NCBI GenBank assembly: GCA_963729895.1
Contig: CAVSQB010000010.1
Span: 40,599 to 104,598, forward strand
Reading direction: 5' to 3'
DNA from: an uncultured Fibrobacterota bacterium
GTDB lineage: Bacteria; Fibrobacterota; Chitinivibrionia; Chitinivibrionales; FEN-1185
Length of the DNA: 64,000 nt
In this document: in pieces, positions 61,030 to 64,000 of the stretch
How the letters are laid out: the number at the start of each line of letters is the position of its first letter
Numbering within the stretch: the first letter of the stretch is position 1
Notes under the pieces: model-generated
Seen by the model: only the letters and a program-made list of their open reading frames with translations
Databases searched by the model: none
Told to the model about the DNA's origin: nothing
Program-made: the position numbers and the translations under genes

Positions 61030-62672
61030 CCTAAATCCGTGAGAAAAACTTTGGCATTTTGATGATTTTTCGTGTAGATTAAGGGTGAATGGTGCTTGAC
61101 TAAATGGCAGTTCACATTATTCACCCGGAAGGTGTCATGCCAAAGCCGAGAAAGTTGATAATCACGGAGACGGACGAGTTTCTGACCAGCCATGGTGGAA
61201 TGGCAATGATCGGGATGCTTGCGGAGCGATCCGGTTTGCGCGAGCGTGTTTCGCAGGTTACTCCGGACAAGAAGAGCGGGAGTATAAGCACCGCGGACGC
61301 GCTGCTGACCATGACGGGGCTTTTGTGTCTTGCCAAACCAGACTTTGACGGGGTCGAGCAGTTTCGTGAAGACGACTATTTTCAGGAGATGCTTGGATTG
61401 AAAGCGGTTCCTTCCGAGGCTACACTGCGGCAGCGAATGGACGAAACGGGCCTGACCGTTCAAAACGCAGTCCTTTCCGCTTCGGCGTCCCTGTTGAAAA
61501 AAGCAGCGCCACGGCTCACCGCCTGCTTTGGACCGTATATTCCGATTGACGCTGACGTATCTCCTTTTGACAACAGTGGTTCTCATAAGGAAGGCGTAAG
61601 CTGCACGTACAAGTTGTTCGAGGGATATTCTCCGATGCTTGCCTACATAGGCGTGGAAGGCTACCTGCTGAACGCGGAGTTGCGCGAAGGGAAACAACAT
61701 TGCCAGGAAGGAACTCCGGAGTTTCTGCGCAAGACCATAGCCCTTGCTCGAAAAATAACGGATCGTTCGATCCTTGTGCGTCTTGATGCCGGACATGACG
61801 ATATTGAAAACATGCGAGTCTGCCGCAAGGAAAAGGTCGATTACATAATCAAACGGAACATACGCAGGGAATCTATTGACGAATGGCTCGTGGATGCTCA
61901 AGCGCTCGGTGACTGGCGTCATCCTCGTGAAGGCAAGACCGTGTACGTTGGTGAGACAATACGGGAAAGAAACGGCGAAAACATGCGCGTTGTGTTCGAG
62001 GTGATCGAACGGACAATCGACCGCGACGGAAACGCCTTGCTGCTGCCGGATGTAGAGGTTCACACGTGGTGGACGAGCCTGAGCAGACGCAACGCCGGCC
62101 CGGACGACGTTATTGCAGCGTACCGGGATCATGGCACCAGCGAGCAGTTTCACTCGGAGCTGAAGAGTGATATGGCGCTGGAGCGGCTTCCCAGCGGGAA
62201 GTTCACGACCAACGCATTGGTGTTGACGTTGGCGGTTCTTGCGTTCAACATGCTGCGGCTCTGCGGCCAAGTTGGAATCGACAAGGGGTACGTGCCGCGT
62301 AAGAAAGTTGCACGCCGGAGATTGCGGAAGGTCATTCAGGATCTTATGTACATAGCAGCACGCGTGATAACGCATGCCCGCCGGTTGATGCTTGCCCTGT
62401 CGCGGCGGAATCAACTCCGCATAGCGTGGACGCAAACGTATCTGGCGTTCGCCACGGATGGCTGACCTAAGGAGAGCAATAAACGGAAATAGACCCGTAA
62501 CCAAACAAACGTCGCCACCGACACGTTGAGTGTATTTGTCAACCATGGGGTCAGAAGCGCAAATCATAGTGGAATCACCCCGGCAACAACTTATCAAGAA
62601 GCCTTAGCAACCATATTCGTTCTTGTCAACGCCGTCAATTTGTTTTTAATAACCTTATCTCACGGAATCAGG
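61030..62672 (+). mobile_element. IS1380-family insertion sequence, 1643 bp
   Basis: IRs CCTAAATCCGTGAGA / CCTGATTCCGTGAGA; 5-bp direct repeat TTCAA. Confidence 0.93.
61104..62465 (+). CDS. IS1380-family transposase
   Basis: IDADVS, RLDAG, YRDHGTSEQFHSELK and LPSGKF motifs; ATG at 61137 is an alternative start. Confidence 0.92.
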   Translation: MAVHIIHPEGVMPKPRKLIITETDEFLTSHGGMAMIGMLAERSGLRERVSQVTPDKKSGSISTADALLTMTGLLCLAKPDFDGVEQFREDDYFQEMLGLKAVPSEATLRQRMDETGLTVQNAVLSASASLLKKAAPRLTACFGPYIPIDADVSPFDNSGSHKEGVSCTYKLFEGYSPMLAYIGVEGYLLNAELREGKQHCQEGTPEFLRKTIALARKITDRSILVRLDAGHDDIENMRVCRKEKVDYIIKRNIRRESIDEWLVDAQALGDWRHPREGKTVYVGETIRERNGENMRVVFEVIERTIDRDGNALLLPDVEVHTWWTSLSRRNAGPDDVIAAYRDHGTSEQFHSELKSDMALERLPSGKFTTNALVLTLAVLAFNMLRLCGQVGIDKGYVPRKKVARRRLRKVIQDLMYIAARVITHARRLMLALSRRNQLRIAWTQTYLAFATDG

Positions 62673-62747
62673 TTCAAGTGTACCTGTTATTCATTCCACC
62701 TCAAAGAATCCCGTGAGTCGCTCCCCGTTGTCCGCTCAGGAGCAGTT

Positions 62748-63103
62748 ATGAGATCAAAGATACAACTTGCTTTGCCGCCTCAATATCTTCCTTGTTTCGA
62801 CAACTTCCATCGTTACTTATTCCTCTGATGATACTTGCAATTGCCGCGTTGCGAGTCGCTGATCTGCGGCTCGCTTTTCCCCAATCGGTTCTGTTCATGG
62901 TTGTTCAGTACGGTTGCGGGGTTCTCGGAATAGTATTCATTGTGATTCCGGCTGCTCGCAGCTTCCTTGCCAACGGGCAGCCCACTTTCTTGATGATCGG
63001 ATGCGGTGTGTTGGTATCGCAAATCGGGACGACTGCTTTTGGACTCGTGTCTGCGCGAAGTATAGATGCGGGCTTCGGAATTTACAATATGTCAGTATTG
63101 GTG
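62748..63103 (+). pseudogene. Frameshifted multi-TM membrane protein 5' part, cut by IS3
   Basis: AGGAG-ATG at 62748 is out of frame with the hydrophobic ORF from 62792, which runs into the IS3 end. Confidence 0.5.
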
Positions 63104-63177
63104 TGGCTATACCCCCGAAAACTTGCTCATTTGAGAAGGGAGTTTTCCGAGTTATTTTAAACTAACTAGGAGGACTC

Positions 63178-63441
63178 ATGAAAGGCAAGCGCTACAGTGA
63201 AGAGCAGATTTTTCGGATCCTGCAAGAGGGCGACCGCGGAGCCAAAGTCGCTGATCTTTGTCGTCAATATGGTATTTCAGAGAACACGTACTTCCGTTGG
63301 AAGAGCAAATACAGCGGACTTGAGCTCTCTGATCTGAAAAGGATGAAGGAGATCGAGGGCGAAAACAGCCGGCTCAAGCGGATTGTTGCAGACCAGGCAC
63401 TTCAGATCGATGCAATGAAGGAAGTGCTGCAAAGAAAATAG
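63178..63441 (+). CDS. IS3 transposase OrfA
   Basis: KRYSEEQI...LCRQYGISENTYFRWKSKYSG HTH. Confidence 0.93.
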   Translation: MKGKRYSEEQIFRILQEGDRGAKVADLCRQYGISENTYFRWKSKYSGLELSDLKRMKEIEGENSRLKRIVADQALQIDAMKEVLQRK

Positions 63442-64000
63442 TGAAGCGTCCTCAGCGTAGGCTGACTGTGGACGCACTAATGCGGCAAGGCCTGAGTCAA
63501 CGGAAAGCATGCGGACTTCTGGGTATGACACCGGCAGGGTACCGCTATCGACCGCAGGAATCGGCTTTGAACAGCGAGTTGAAAACAAAAATGCATGAAA
63601 CCATTTCATCGTTCCGTTCATGGGGCTTTCCGACGCTTTATTGGTATCTCCGCAACCTTGGGTACATAGTAAATCACAAACGTGTGCATCGGCTCTACAA
63701 GGAAGAATCGCTTCAGAAAAGCAAGCGGAGGAGGCGTCAGAAACGCAATAGCCAACGGATGCCGTTGACGCTGCCGGATCGGCCAAGCCGTCGCTGGTCA
63801 ATGGATTTCATATTCGACAGTACTTCCGACAAGCGCAAGCTGAAATGCCTGAATGTTGTCGATGACTGCACCCGTGAGGCTCTTGCAATCAAGGTAGCAC
63901 GTTCTATTCCAGCACTAGGAGTCTGCCAAGTTCTAGACCACCTGGTGGCCAGGTACGGAAAGCCGGAAGCTCTGTTGACTGATAACGGCCCGGAATTCCG
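63441..64000 (+). CDS. IS3 transposase OrfB (partial)
   Basis: GTG overlaps the orfA stop (TAGTG); NHKRVHRLY, WSMDF and TDNGPEF motifs. Confidence 0.92.
   Translation, partial: MKRPQRRLTVDALMRQGLSQRKACGLLGMTPAGYRYRPQESALNSELKTKMHETISSFRSWGFPTLYWYLRNLGYIVNHKRVHRLYKEESLQKSKRRRRQKRNSQRMPLTLPDRPSRRWSMDFIFDSTSDKRKLKCLNVVDDCTREALAIKVARSIPALGVCQVLDHLVARYGKPEALLTDNGPEF

Larger units (their letters stand above)
63104..64000 (+). mobile_element. IS3-family element (partial)
   Basis: TG-starting left end (position +/-2 bp); orfA/orfB in -1 frame. Confidence 0.9.

Overview
Bacterial chromosomal window, mostly GC-rich. The many secreted proteins with FlgD/T9SS-like sorting domains suggest Fibrobacterota/Chitinivibrionia, but this is an inference. 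Positions 1-41.7 kb hold core and accessory genes: gmhA-like, ilvD, miaA, pdxJ, the carboxy(nor)spermidine dehydrogenase/decarboxylase pair, typA, gloB, earP-efp, a Rieske-glutaredoxin-FTR-Rieske redox cluster, a TMTC-like glycosyltransferase and several large surface proteins. This part also carries a beta-1,3-glucan locus (a plant/fungal-like thaumatin plus two GH64 paralogs) and a membrane-anchored protein with a ubiquitin-conjugating (E2) fold whose catalytic Cys position is Asp. Two near-identical 1305-bp DDE insertion sequences with unusual CG termini sit in inverted orientation. From 41.7 kb the window is an accessory island. It has IS4, IS1595, IS1380 and IS3 elements, several gene remnants, a stress-type module (cls, EEP, oxidoreductase, PPK2, P3A H+-ATPase, GH130, GT4) and a PAS histidine kinase/response regulator pair. 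No rRNA, tRNA or CRISPR array was recognised. All calls come from motif recognition by eye; no database search was run.
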